The notes: a model not told the origin generated them from the letters alone. A stretch of 64,000 nt of DNA from Octopus vulgaris (GCA_951406725.2 OX597817.1:94302001-94366000); one strand, 5' to 3'; counted from the first letter of the stretch, positions 25,350 through 39,349 are shown. Made by a program: numbers and translations.

Positions 25350-27050
25350 CATAAAGTGTTTTAAGATACGTCGCACCAGAATCTTGTTGAAAAAAATTAG
25401 TGTCACGAGAGTAGCGTACAGCAATAACATCTGGTGAACTACCAGAATATTCTAAGTAAGAAGTGTTTCAGAATGTTGAGATCTCTAAGAACTTGTGTTA
25501 CATCAAGTATGTAGAAGATATCCATCTGGTACTACTCTAAAGATCCAACCCCATCCTGCGACAGGACGAATGAAATAGCCAAAGGATGATTAACCCTAAG
25601 GAATGGCATTAACTGGATGAAGGCCTCGACAAATATTAATAAGAATACTACAAGGATTGCTCAGAGGGAAAACTGTGCCCCTACAACAATAAATAATCTT
25701 GCAAGAGAGCGCTTCGGTAAGAAGGCCGTACGTCTGCAAAAGTTGCAAAACGCAAGGGAAATAGAAACATATCACTTCAGGAAGGATATTACATCTACCG
25801 ATAAGGAGAAACCGTGTTGAGAACAGAGTTAAATAGGGATACATCTGCGGAGACTCTGATGGTAATAAATCGTTGATAACGGAGGAGAGGGCGAACAAAA
25901 GTATTCAATTCACAGGGATTCTGTTGGTTTAACTCCTGGATAAAACAGATCCGGAAGATGTAGAAAAGTTCTTGAGAGAGATGTAAGACGATTCCCTCAG
26001 AATTGAACTCTCGAGTGTCAATCTAAATTTACAGCAAAGTGGTGAGGAAGAAGGCTAGAATGATATAATTTACTACATACGTATGATATAACTGATAATC
26101 ATCAGCTACTTCGGAGACATCCAGCTGAAGTTCAAAGTAAGCTACTTTACAATTCGTTTACAAGATCTGGAAAGGGATATCGTAAATTTTTCAGAAATTT
26201 CCTCTTTCTCTTCATCATTGAAATGAAACTCTCTGCTGGGGAAAGGTAGATGAGTGAGGAAAATCCTGATTCAGACAGAGATACAGCAGCAGAGTGAGAA
26301 AGGACAGAAATCAGGAACTATACTCCTACTATCTCTATGTGGAAAAATCAAGTAGCAAGACCTGAGAAAATTGGAACCATTTTACAGATTCCTGCTGCGT
26401 AGTCTATGACACACTTCCAACATCAAGGAATCTGCACAGTTGGGATATAAGAGAGGCTCTACTGTGTAAGCTTTGTAGGGAGAGGAGCATTTAATGTACA
26501 TCTTATCAAGATGTAAAACAGCATGTACATCCTGTCATGATGTAAAGCAGCCCTCATGGAAGGAGAAACAAATAATGACACGATTAATTACTCATAAGAG
26601 TCGCTAATACTGGCGTGGGAAAAACAGAATAAACAATGATTTCAAGAGAAACCATTATCACCAGTCAAGTTCATGGCAGAAAGAAAAGCTGTTGGCCATA
26701 GCATAAAAGAAAATCAGTTTACTACCAAAGATTCTTTCATGGAATATGAAAAAGGGTCTGGCAAGAAAGCTGCAAATCATCCAGACAAATCTGATGTCGT
26801 TCTGTAGTCTAAAGAGACCAAGAAAATAATCTTGGTCAAATTTTACAGGTAGAAAGAATGGCAGGCATAGTCATTCCCAGCCGAGGGAAGCAATACAAGA
26901 TTCCCTGCTCAGTTAATATGGAGAATGTTTACGGCTTTTGGAATGACGGGAAAAAAACAGAAAGAAAGACTTGCTGGAAGGGGAAACAGAATAAAGAGCC
27001 TGCTGCTAATTGTGAAGCAGAGAGAAACTAAGCTGGAAACCAACCAGAGA
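25350..27050 (+). mobile_element. Heavily decayed Hero-like RLE non-LTR retrotransposon
   Basis: Scattered remnants resembling Hero ORFs (AGER.W-like segment near 26235, EEHLMYILSRCK near 26480, PD..VVL..K..K.IILV-like region near 26780-26840); many indels. Confidence 0.45.
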
Positions 27051-27204
27051 AGATGGGCTCTCATTATTATTTAAATATATATAAATATATGAACCAAGGT
27101 TTATATGGTTACCTTATAGCTGACCTTTCAATAGATTGATAACTAACCAGTATTTTCATGGGATTTATTATCCCTTAATGCGGTTTATTACCTTTACTTG
27201 ATTC

Positions 27205-27259
<55 letters not shown>

Positions 27260-27306
27260 GAGTGAATGTAAGCACCTGTATATGCCAGCTAGTAGCATAG
27301 GTGAGA

Positions 27307-27365
<59 letters not shown>

Positions 27366-27388
27366 ATCTTACATTACTCGGTAGTCAA

Positions 27389-27449
27389 GATAAAACTCTG
27401 AGTTTCAGATGCCGAAGTGGAAATCCACAACACCATCTCTTCGGTTATC
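27389..27449 (-). ncRNA. Degenerate hammerhead motif downstream of GIY-YIG ORF
   Basis: gataa-CCGAAGA-gatg..catc-t-GAA-ACTCAGAGT-T-ttatc; core U4 changed to C. Confidence 0.55.
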
Positions 27450-27643
27450 TGGCTATTTGAAAACGTTATGAAAAAATACCGTTAAATAAAGGGAAATTAC
27501 TCTGTTATAACTCTGCTTGCCTGCGTACTTATACATCGCTCGCATTTTTCGTCATAAAAATTATATAAAAATACATAAAAAATATATAAAAAATATATAA
27601 AAATATATAAATTCTTCTTGGGACATAACATAGAAAGCATGTT

Positions 27644-28210
27644 CTATCTGTTTTCTTTAGGGGACCAAAAACGTAACAGAAACTTAGTCACATGTGGGCA
27701 TGATCCGAAAAGCTCTGTCCTTGTATTTAGACATGTAGTAGGGTCTAAGCTGCTTTTCCAGATAAGACATCTATCCATGTCGCATAGACCGCACCTTCCG
27801 CTGCCGTTAGTATAGGGCTTACATCTGGCCAAAATCTTCCATTGTATGTTATAATCGACACCTTTATCTCTTAAAGACCAAATATGATTAGACAATTGTG
27901 TCGCTTTTCTTTTGTTCCAGTGCCTAAAGCTCAAAGTGTGGTTATTGAACCTGGCCTTGAAATTACCCTCTGTAAGGCCCACGTATTTCTTCGTCGAAAC
28001 GGTGTCTTTAGTGGTTATAGAGTTTACGGTAGCTTCATATATGATGGTCTTGGACATGCAAGCTCCATTTAGCGGGCACAATTCTTTATTCCTGCATGAA
28101 CAGCTGTTTTCTTCTTGTGTTTTTTGTATGTTATGTTTGATTATGTTTTTAAAATTGGTAGTTGAACTAAAACTAATTTTTAAATTGTGTCTATTGAAGA
28201 GTTTCCTCAA
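27644..28210 (-). CDS. Penelope-like element C-terminal GIY-YIG endonuclease region (5'-truncated, Hydra-clade-like)
   Basis: Open 188-aa frame: [15 protein letters not shown] (CxCx5C), PLNGAC, IIY...[28 protein letters not shown]; flanked by (TA)n on both sides. Confidence 0.85.
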   Translation of the reverse strand: MRKLFNRHNLKISFSSTTNFKNIIKHNIQKTQEENSCSCRNKELCPLNGACMSKTIIYEATVNSITTKDTVSTKKYVGLTEGNFKARFNNHTLSFRHWNKRKATQLSNHIWSLRDKGVDYNIQWKILARCKPYTNGSGRCGLCDMDRCLIWKSSLDPTTCLNTRTELFGSCPHVTKFLLRFWSPKENR

Positions 28211-28261
28211 TTTACATAATATTGAGGTTTCTTTCTTTATTTTGTTATCTTACCGTTTTAT

Positions 28262-28382
<121 letters not shown>

Positions 28383-28843
28383 CAGATCGAGTGAGAGAAA
28401 GAGAAAGAGAGAGAGATATCTACATATATGAATATATATATACACAAACATGTATGTGTAAGTGTATTTGCGTGTGTACGTGCGTGTTTCTTTAGTGTGT
28501 ATAAGAATACAAGACTGGATAAAAATGATAGAAAAATATATATCTAATATTGGCTGAATACCATATACTTTGAACCTCTAAACTTTATTCAGATGATTAA
28601 ATTGAATAAGACAGCCTCTACTCCCTTACTAGACCTTCCCAAAATAGCAGACAAATGTTTCTCATATCACTTCCTGGCATCGTAAATATCGCAGAAAACG
28701 TATTCATCCAGGATTTGAAAAACAAGAGGCTTTCCTGATGATGGAGCTGAGATAGTATCATATCTTCTACATACTTCTCTCCGTTCTCTCCATCTCTCTC
28801 CCCCTCTCTCTCATCACACACACGCACACACACATACACACAC

Positions 28844-28886
<43 letters not shown>

Positions 28887-28931
28887 GCATACACATACAT
28901 AGACACGTACATACATACACATACGCACGCA

Positions 28932-28962
<31 letters not shown>

Positions 28963-31249
28963 AATATAATACACAAAAGTCTAAAAAATGTATAGACACC
29001 CTTATCTTCGAAAGACTTATTTCTAGAGGCAAGTTTGATGCATTTAATATTTATTTATTATTTAGTAGACATGCCTTGTGCAGCTTTCAACGGTTTAACC
29101 CTTTTCAGCATTGTGCTAATGACTAGTATCCGCACAGTGGTACAATGAAGTAGATGTCGATTTACTTTTGCGATGTATTTGTATGTGTGTGCTCGTGTGT
29201 CTGTGCGTGTGTGTGTACACACTCATACACAAACATATTTATGTACATAAATTAGAGAACACTTTTTGTCATATGTTAGCTCAACCAGGGCTCCCTCGGG
29301 GTTAAACAATAGTAACAATAACGAGGTGAAGAATAAATCTAGAAGTTAAACATGTTATAAGTGAAGTAATATCTATCCCCACTCAACCGTAGTTGTTCTT
29401 TTAGAACATATAATACTGCGGTAGATACCATAAGAAAAACTCTTATTAATAGCTTTTGGAGCTAAGTGTACTCTTGCTTACATCAAGAGTGTATTTTGCA
29501 CCAAAAATCAATGTGAGAGTTTTTCTCATGGTAACTACCGCTGTATTGTTTGTTCTACTAGAACATTCAAGTTTAAGTGGGGATAAATATTACCTCTCAA
29601 TATTAATACTACTTTTGTGGCTAGTAGCTGGCTTTACAAACTAGATGAAGTTCTACGTAGTCTACATTTCCAACCATTTGAATTAGAAAGTTATCTCATC
29701 TTTTAAGTTTTAGATTTTGAAAACCATCTCAAAAGGAGTGACCTTGTTTTTAATTGCTTGGATTATCTCACTTGATCAAACTTTTTGTACTCACTATATT
29801 TCTAACATTCGTCGATTCCTAAAGTACGAACAACTAAAGGGAGGTGAACTGAAAAAGTTAAAGAGATGCAACTAAATACAGTCACTATAGATAAAACCTT
29901 AAATTTAGAAATGTTGAAGTGAATATTAAAGCGGTGATTTTATATTGGTAGTGATGGTGCTTTGTGAATTTTAATAAGTAGAGTTGAAAGGAAAGATGTC
30001 ATCTCCAGGTGTAAGTGGTAATGTTTTAACAAAATTTTCACTTGTATATCGCGCTTGTTAATTAGGATGGGGATGGGAAAAGAATCATTACCCCACCCCA
30101 CTTCCCGATCTCTGGGAATATTTACTACATATCTGTGCAGCAGAACTGCCAGAACACTGAAGTAATTGTTTGGTATTTAGTTACCGGCCGTTTACATACT
30201 CAATTCAAAACTCATAAGAATTGTTATTTAACCCAGGCCAGTCGTGACCGAGCAAATGTTGTTCAAAGATGTCCAACAATGAACATCCTACTTTTACATT
30301 TTCACTTCATCTTATTTTATTCTATTTATTTGTTTGTTTATATTCAATTCATTTACTTCTATTTTACTATTTTTTCTTTTTGTTCTCATCTCATAGTAAT
30401 TATAGGATCATATCGTCGTATATTTTCATTTCTCAGACAGAACTGTGCAATTTGAGGGAGCTTTGGTTGCTATCCGTCACGTAGAGACTATCTATGTTAG
30501 CTCGATGCCACCAGAGGCTAATTCTCTTCACTATAGATACCAGTAATGTAACGAATGCTTATTGCGTGCGATACAGTGAATAGCAAAACTACGATCAATT
30601 GAGACTATCTCAGCAATTATTATACAAAATCCCTCTTTGCAGGGTTTTCAATTAAAAAAGTAAAAGAAGTAATTGCAATAATCTCAGTGAGATCAATTTT
30701 TTGTACGATGTCGATTGGAATGGATCTTGCCTTTAAAAGATCCTTTTAAAACTGTTTACGTCTTATTTAATTTCTTCACTTAAACAGATCTTATTTAGTT
30801 CGGAAAAAAGCGAAAAGCAATCAACATAAATACGTACATACACTCCGACACAAAAATACATGTAAATTTTGAAGGCAATTCGTATTTACTATTTTATACC
30901 TAGCCCTACCAAGGATCCACTGAGTCAGATCGGTGATTACAATTGGATTTGGTATTTGCATATCTACCCTATCTTGCCAGTACTTGAAGTATACAATGTA
31001 CTTTTATTTCCCCGTGAGCTCTATGTGTCTGCACCTAGCCATTTCCTGACGACTAGCATGTTGATGTGCCTTGATTCTTAAGGAATTGATATAACTGATT
31101 GATATATATCTGCTGTGTAAGTTAGGAAGGACTAAATATTTTCTAATATTTAGTTTTGAGTTTCTACCACTCAAGTCGACCTTATTTCGTCTTTTGACTC
31201 ACAATATATTAGAAGTATCCGACGCTCCGTCAGTTATGACAATAGTCCC

Positions 31250-31470
31250 AGTTAATCCAATTATCAGAACAACCACTTTGTGAAATTAACGTACAAGTGG
31301 CTGAGTACTCCACAGACATGAATACATTTAACGTAGTTCTCGGGGAATATTCAATGCAACACAGAATGTAACAAAGCTGGCCCTTTGAAATACAAGTGTT
31401 ACTCATTTTTGCCAGCTGAGTGAACTGGAGCAACGTCAAATAAAGGGTTGTGTTCAAGGACACAACGACC
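31250..31470 (-). mobile_element. SINE-like repeat fragment (third family)
   Basis: Minus strand gttgtgtccttgaac...gttgctccagttcactcagctggcaaaaatgagta; related pieces at ~2790-2905, ~35240-35440 (+) and ~56600-56720 (-). Confidence 0.55.
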
Positions 31471-33522
31471 TTACGATCGCGCCTTCCGGTAGCTATTGTG
31501 TAAACCTCGGAAAGATAGAACAGATTTGATTCAGAATGTGAAGAGAACGCGATATCTCAAAACCCTCTGCTGCATGACACTGTCATCGTGGATATTGCTT
31601 TTCGGTATTTATTAGATTCCTTTTTCAAGTTTCTGTTCAATCAGTCACATGACTTGTCAAAAGTAGCTTAGAAATAATACTAATAACCAGCTGTAACAGT
31701 GGCGTTTAACAAGGTGACGTCGTAAAGCGAGAAGGTACGTCACGAAATAATTTATACCTAAAATACTGAAACATTATTGTGAGGTCGGTTCATCTAGTAG
31801 CTAACGGATTAAATTTTGATCATAGATTATCTCGATTAAGATTGATCTGGAGTTTGTGTTTTATTAAACATCACAAAATACTTTTACATTCATTTTCATT
31901 TCAATGACAATGCTGCACGACGTTCAAAATAATTCTCCCTTTTTCAATGACATTGAGTAACCTTAACAGAAACAAAAGTTAGTGTCCTACAGAGTTTCAT
32001 ATGACCTCCCCTATTCATTTTTCGTCTTTATTGATGATCATCGAACATCACATTTACATCTCATGCTTGTCGTTTTGATGATGTTACAAACGTTTCATTT
32101 AATAGTGATAAATTAAGAACAATTGGAAACTCTGAACTAAATTCAGTTAACCTATAGTTAAAGACACATTAGAATTCAATGACAGTTATTATAAACTAAT
32201 GATATTCATCTCCGAAATGAAGTCAATTAAAAGAAATACGAATTTTTGGCAAAAAAAATGTCAGACTTAAAGAAAATATATTTAACTAGATATACAAATT
32301 ACCGCGAATGCTACAATGATAATGACTTGTGGCGTATTTCCCTCACAAATCAACTATTTAAATTAAGTTGCGCTTGTGGCATTCTGTCTAAACTACTATG
32401 TAATACGCTTAAATCAATTTGGTATTGATCTGAGAAATTTAGTTTAAACAGGATATATTTGTCTGGTTATTTTTCTATTTGATTTTCTTTCTGTGTCTTG
32501 TATTAGTGAAATATTCAAGTAACTGTCACAACAGATACAAACATTTGCAACAATGCAACAGTAGTTGTCATTGATTCAATTATGAACGTAACAGAAAAAT
32601 CTATGAAGTATGCGCTGTAAACCAGTACACAATACCTTAGTATTTTTAAAACACAAGCCTGCATATATGCATATATACATATGTGTATACACACATGCAC
32701 GCACGTACGACACAACACACGGAATGTCTAGGTAAAGGACTGGGGTAGGGGACACAGTTGGGTTGTCCTTTGATCAGAGCTGATTTGTGGCGAAATAACA
32801 GCAACGATGATGATGAAAACAATGATGCTACCACCGCCACTAACCTCCATCACAACCACTAAAATCCCACCTCATCAACACTACCATTATCACCACTAAT
32901 CCCCATTATTAACCTTTACTGCCACCATCACTACTACTAAACCACCACCACCAATAACCATAACAACAACAACAACCATGAAACGACAACAAAGATGTAG
33001 GCTTATACGTGATCTCGTTATCTGTTAGAAACAGCAGCCTAATGGGATTCAAATTACATTTTACAGTCATAATCAAGGCAGAATATGTTAGATGATTTTT
33101 TCCTAAATGTACTGTATCTGGATAATAGAGAATGATCACGGATAAGGTCGTTTCTGATCATGAGTCGGGTTGGTCGGGACAGTCATGGGGTAAACAACAA
33201 TACGGTATGTGGGGCAGAATAGCTGAAGTGTTGCAAGAGAAATAAATCTGGTAGATGTTGGGTGAGGAATAAAATATCTGATATGAATGATATGAATAAT
33301 TGTCTTAGCAGTGCAAACATAAAAATTTATTGCAAGAAGACATCTTTAACAGTTTTCACAATCACAAAAATCAAAAGGTGAAATCAATGTCATGAACATT
33401 ACATGAACAAAAGGTAGAAATTAAATTGTGAAGAAATCGAAGGAGATTGAACATCAGACATAATTTCAAGTCTTACTTTCTTTCATTCATTCTTTCTTTC
33501 TTTCTTTCTTTATTTATTTATT

Positions 33523-33873
33523 TATTACCTTCACCTTCACTAAGGCGGAGGTATTGTTTTCAGTAGCGTTTGTTGTTTGTTTGTCCGTGGACAAGATATC
33601 TCAAGAACCGCAGGATGGATTCGGATGAAACTTTCAGGTAAGTTTGGCCTTGTGACTGGCACAAACTGATTAGATTCCGTGAACAATCCAGTATTGGACA
33701 AAGATTCTGGATTATTTTTCCAATTTTTTAACTTAATTTCTGAGAGCGGTCGGGTTCGTTTTTAGAGCAGTCGAGTATATTTCAGATATTCTCATTTTAA
33801 CAATCATCGGCTAATCTTTGAGAGGATGTTGGTGTTGCTTTGGCGGAGGTTTGCGCTCTCTGAGTGCTCTTGT
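33523..33873 (+). mobile_element. Non-autonomous Helentron/DINE-1-like element
   Basis: 5' ttattaccttcacc..aaggcggaggt self-complementary motif, (GTTT)n tract, 3' ggcggaggt subterminal repeat plus hairpin gcgctc-tct-gagtgc, T-rich flanks. Confidence 0.7.
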
Positions 33874-34353
33874 TTATTTATTTATTTCTCTCTCCAGCCT
33901 TCTTTCTTCTCTCCATCTCTTTCTCTATCACTGTTTTTTTCCTGGTTGTATGAAATATTTGATATGCTGTCAAATTTTTATACTTTAATTGAAAGAAATC
34001 ACAAAGGAATGAAACAGCAAAGCTAACCGTCGCCGCCAACCGCCCGACAGGCACTGCAGATTAGCAGATATGGATATTTCAATATTATTTCACCTTATTT
34101 CTAATTTTTTTCGGTCAACTGTAATGTTTATCATCTAGGTCCAAAATATAAGTAACAGCAATGTGTTGAAATCACAACATTCATTCTCACATACACACAT
34201 GCGCTTATATATGAAAAGAGATATGTATATAAACATATGTATTACAAAGACATACATACATTCACCTTCTTTTCTTTACCTTTTTACTTGTTTCAGACAT
34301 TTGACTGTCGCAATGCTGGGGCACTGTCTTGAAGGGTTTTAGTCGAACAAATC

Positions 34354-34586
34354 AGTTTGAAACCTGATGTCAACCTGTCCAGATCTAAACTCAGAACATC
34401 GACGCAACTAAATACTGTAACCGTAATGCTATGATGGACCGTGAAGTCTGGCGTAGCATGGTAAATTCCATTGTCTCGACCACGGTCGAACAATGATGAT
34501 GATGATCTGTAATCTATCATCCTAATAATAACAACGATTCCTTACTTTGGTTTAAACCTGGACAGGTTGACATCAGATTTCAAACT
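34354..34586. mobile_element. MITE-like element with 37-bp inverted termini enclosing an RTE-like LINE 3' end
   Basis: 34354-34390 versus reverse complement of 34550-34586: 3 mismatches; interior NAMMDREVWRSMV followed by (GAT)n. Confidence 0.6.
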
Positions 34587-35978
34587 TGTGATTACCAAAG
34601 AATAGACACGAATCAAATAGTAATTCGATTACATACACCCTTCAAATTTAGAGCTTTTTGTTCGTTTTTCTTTAGAAGATGGTATATGCGATAGAAAGGA
34701 TGCATTGAATGCTGGTAAGTCTTACATCAGCAAGTCGAACAGAATACCATTCCATCGCTAACATTCTCCAACTGAAGTTGAATCTGTACTTCAACTGAAG
34801 AATTAGAAATAAGAAACGAAAGATATATGAAATTATGTCGCTTATTCGGAAAAGTGAAATTAAGAATGGTTATAAGCAAATATTCCATTGCATAATCGAT
34901 GTATCGATCTTACATTGGTTATTTAATGTTTTAATCTATAAATAAGGCATTCTCCACTTGACTTGCAATTTTCTGCGCAGGCAGTCAGCCATTATAGCTG
35001 TTTCATTGAAACAGAAAGTCCATTCTGTGAAAATGTCAAGACATTCTTCTGTTCAAATTCATCAACAGACAGACAGCACCAATATACTGATTATTACAAA
35101 CTCATTTTCCCCTTCATTTTTGTTAATAGTTATTCTTGTTTACTATTTTTTGTTTGTTGTTTTAGTTATATTTTTTACTTTTAATTATTTTCGTTTAAGA
35201 TATATCAGTGTGTTTTTCTTTCGATACCAACCCATCTGCTTCTACGTTGTGTTCTTCAGCAAAACGCTTCACTTCATGTTGTTCCAGTTCACTCACCTGT
35301 AAATGGTTAACCCTGGTACCTCGTTGGGAAGAAACGTTGGCCTACCTATCCAGCCAGGTGGCGTGACCTCATTTGAAACCTACAACACTGTGAGGAAGCG
35401 CATTGTGACTAGCGTTGTATAAGCACATTTGATAGCTTGATCAATACAGTGATTCAGTGATACAGTAATATTTATATACCTGTCTCATCTATATGATTAT
35501 TTACATAGCTGTGTGCCTAGGTGCCTTTGTGTGTATATTTATATATCAGTGTGTCTATGATTATGTGTCCATTTATACACCCACTTGCCTCATTGTAAAT
35601 GCAGCACATACATTCATATAGTGTGCGACAAAATTACCTTCATTACTTTACGCTGCCGCTGATGTATCTCTAATGACGTTAAGCAGGTAGTGACAGTCCT
35701 TTCGTATAGCTATTGTGAAGAGTTTTTTGTTGAACTCTGTATGTATACGTGTACTTGTGTATACACACATATAGGACTATATAGGACCGAAATTAAGTGC
35801 ACACGCACACACACATACACACACACACACAGTATACAAAATTGGGGGCACACACAGACATAAAGTGCTCAAGAGTGAAGTATATACACCAAATTTGATA
35901 GACCAACAATACACATACACAGACCTTCATTTGCATTTATACAAGCCTTGACAACTACAAACATGTACACAGAACTTT

Positions 35979-36027
<49 letters not shown>

Positions 36028-36136
36028 ATCCATGCGCGCATATACATACACACACATGTTCATAGATAGGAGAAGATATCGTTTTGCTCTCTTCTTGTAC
36101 GACAGATACCATAGTGCACTACATATCATATTCAAT

Positions 36137-36226
<90 letters not shown>

Positions 36227-36292
36227 AATACATAAATGTGAAACAAGGTGGAAAAAAGAAAAGAAGAGTACTAAAATACCAGTGGTAGAGTA

Positions 36293-36454
36293 ATATGCTT
36301 TATTTAAAGCAGCAGAAAATTCAACAAAATCTGTTACTCTGAGTTTCTCGTTGCCGTTCATCAGACAGTTTTTTCTAGCAAAAACTGTCTGATAAACGTC
36401 AACGAGAAACTCAGAGTAACAGATTTTGTTGAATTTTCTGCTGCTTTAAATAAA

Positions 36455-36460
<6 letters not shown>
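36293..36460. repeat. Near-perfect palindrome (arms about 80 bp) made of an inverted pLTR pair, one hammerhead motif per arm
   Basis: Arms 36293-36374 and 36380-36460; minus-strand ctgt-CTGATGA-acggcaacga-GAA-ACTCAGAGT-A-acag at 36331-36368; plus-strand copy at 36385-36422 has CTGATAA. Confidence 0.9.
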
Positions 36461-36490
<30 letters not shown>

Positions 36491-36492
<2 letters not shown>

Positions 36493-39206
36493 AATAGGTG
36501 AATGAATTATCCTATGTTTATCGTCGGCATGGAAAATTCGTTTAACCGAAACCTGGGTAGCAAATTCACGTCAGAAACACGGTTGAAGCGACCTGTCCAA
36601 GCGTAGAAAATCCGGGTTCATGTGCAGAAATTTGTGTGTTGTATATGAATAAATGAAGGAATGGAGTCGAACGAAGATGTTAACAAAATTCCTTTACTCT
36701 CGACATATGTTTCGAAGACAACATGTTTTCATTCCAAAGGAATAAAGGGTGCATTATGCAATCTTCTCATCAGGAAAGAAAGGGAGCCTCTCTCGACAAC
36801 AAAACAAACAAAAATTTCGATGACTGCCTAAAAGGTAAACAAAGCGATAATGAGTGTTTTTTTAAAAAAAACCGTTAGGCAGGCCAACTTAGAAACTAAA
36901 CAGATTATGGAAACTTGCGGATTACAGATGAAGACGGAACCATTGAACCCTAGGCAACCCAGATTCATCTTAAAGGACCACAAGCAGAACTTTCATACTA
37001 ACCCAGCATTGCGGCTCATATGCCCTTCCAGTTCAGACATCGGTACCCTTAGTAAATACATATTAGATAAGTATATCCCTATATTAATTAATAGGTTAAA
37101 ACTTAGCTTATGGTCCAATTCTGTTCAAGTCGTAGATTGGTTTACTTCTATTACTGATAAGGCCAACACTAAATTTATACAATTCGATATATCTAGTTTC
37201 TATTCTTCAATCAACCCTATTGGACTTAATAAGGCCCTATGGCACGCACACAATAAGGCAGGCCTCTCCAAGGAGGAAATTAGTGTGATATTGACAGTTA
37301 GGAAATCTTTCATACAGTTCGATAGCAAGTTGTGGGTCCGTAGAGATACCCCTAATGCGTTTGATGTACTAACGGGAAGTACAGACAGCACCCAGATAGC
37401 CGATTTGGTCGGAATTTATATTCTTTATGAAATGGCCGACCAATTCCCGGACATCTGTGGAGGTCTTTATCGTGACGATTGTCTGCTTTACCTCCAAAAC
37501 GTTTCGAACCAAAAAATACAGAAGGTTAAGAACAGATTACTTAGGTTCTTTAGTAGAATGGGCTTGCGCATAGTTTTTGACGATGAATTAACTAAAGCCA
37601 ACTTCTTAGACATTACCCTCAATTTGCAGAATAACTCATACTTCCCTTATCATAAACCTTCCACAAATCTTAAGTATATTAGCATTTTCAGTAATCATGC
37701 CAGGCCAATTACCGATAATTTAGTTAAAAACATATCTCTGAGACTGTCCAAATTATCTGCTAATGTCGACATCTTTAACCAAAAAGCAGAATTCTATAAC
37801 GCCGCCTTGTTAAGAGCCGGTTATAAGGAGAAAGTGTCATACATCGACTCAGCTCATTCTAAATCAACATCTGCTTCTCCAGATAGTAAAGTTACTCGTA
37901 ATAGGAATAAAGATTTCAATTCTAATAGTGCCAGCAACCCTGTACATAAATAAATTCTTTACGGACTAGAGGAGGTAAACGCCATGCAACCCCAAATTTC
38001 CAACCCAGAAATTTTCCCCTTACTATCACAAATAACACAAAGAACAATTCAAAGGCCACAAAAAACCGTATCTTGTTCGTAATACCTTTCGGAAAACAAA
38101 TTAAATCGAACCTTCCCTTACAGTTCCGTGAAGCCGTTGTTAGGAACTTTCCAGAAATTCTAGATATCATTCTATTATCAATTCCCACAAGGTCAGAATC
38201 GCTTTCTCTAACACTAGGAATCTTTCACAAATTATATCTTCCCACAATACCAAGCTGCTAAACAAAGATTCTTCACCCGGGAGTTCCAACACTAATCTTG
38301 CTAATTCCAACCCATCATAGAATCATAATAATAGGAATAGTATTAATAGTAACAGCATTGGTAGCAGCGATAGTGTTATCAATGATAATATTAATAATAG
38401 TATTAGTCATGTTAATAACAATGGTAGTGTTGATGGTAACAACAATAACGGTATTATTGTCGGTGGTATAACTGGTTGTAGTACCATGAATAATACTACT
38501 AATAATAGAAATAGTGTAGTTGTTAGCGCTAATAATAATAGTAACAACAATCATAATAAAAAATTCGTTTCGATCTCGGAGGACAACCCCAACAGAATTA
38601 AATTTTTGTCTAGTAATTCTAAGATTAAGAATTCTATTTACCAGTGTAGAATTTCTTCCGGTACCGACGTCTTTTTCTATATAAGAGCGTCCACTTTCCA
38701 GTTATCCAAGAGAATTTCAAACCATTATTCAACATTCAGGGATAGTAAAAAATGACATAGTACATGGCTAAGTAAATTAGTTTGGCGTCTTAAAGACAAC
38801 AATATAATTTTCAAGTTAGATTGGTTCATACTTTCTGTATCCTTTCCTTTTTTATAAGGGCAGGAGATTTTGTAACATTTGTAACTCTGAACTCTTCCAT
38901 ATTCTTTTCTCTAAGGTTCCCCTAGTAAACACACTCATAGAAAAATCATACAGATGTAAACACTGGCAGAAACATACTTTCTATTCATATAAATGATAAC
39001 GATAGTCACTGTGGTTTGAACAATTAGCTTTACGTCCACCCCACTTCTATAGCGAAATTCTTTCCTAAGCCTTCGAACATTCTTTCAATCAACGTACCCT
39101 TCCCTCCCCACTTGTTCCCTACCTATTATTCCTTTAACCCTTCTCTTCCTACTATCTATCTTTGACGTCAATTCTTCTAACGGTTTTTAAAAAAAAAACA
39201 CTCATT
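36491..39206 (+). mobile_element. Penelope-like element family P1, copy 1: inverted 5' pLTR + 5'-truncated RT + GIY-YIG
   Basis: Inverted pLTR 36491-36878; RT motifs LKDHKQNF, RLICPS, FIQFDISSFYSSI, GGLYRDDCL, NFLDITLNL; EN SIYQC..FYI, CNIC, CKH ending TGA at 38994-38996; bounded by (TA)n. Confidence 0.9.
36697..36778 (-). ncRNA. Hammerhead ribozyme motif in inverted pLTR of P1 copy 1
   Basis: ctttc-CTGATGA-gaaga..tcttc-GAA-ACATATGT-C-gagag; all core positions present. Confidence 0.8.
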
Positions 39207-39223
39207 TTAACTTTGTTTAAGCA

Positions 39224-39263
<40 letters not shown>

Positions 39264-39290
39264 TATATGTATATACATATATATATATAC

Positions 39291-39349
<59 letters not shown>

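Noticed and set aside
36850-36878. Apparent start codon MSVFLKKTV of the 367-aa RT ORF
   Set aside because: It derives from the inverted pLTR fused by chance in frame to a 5'-truncated RT; not the native N-terminus.
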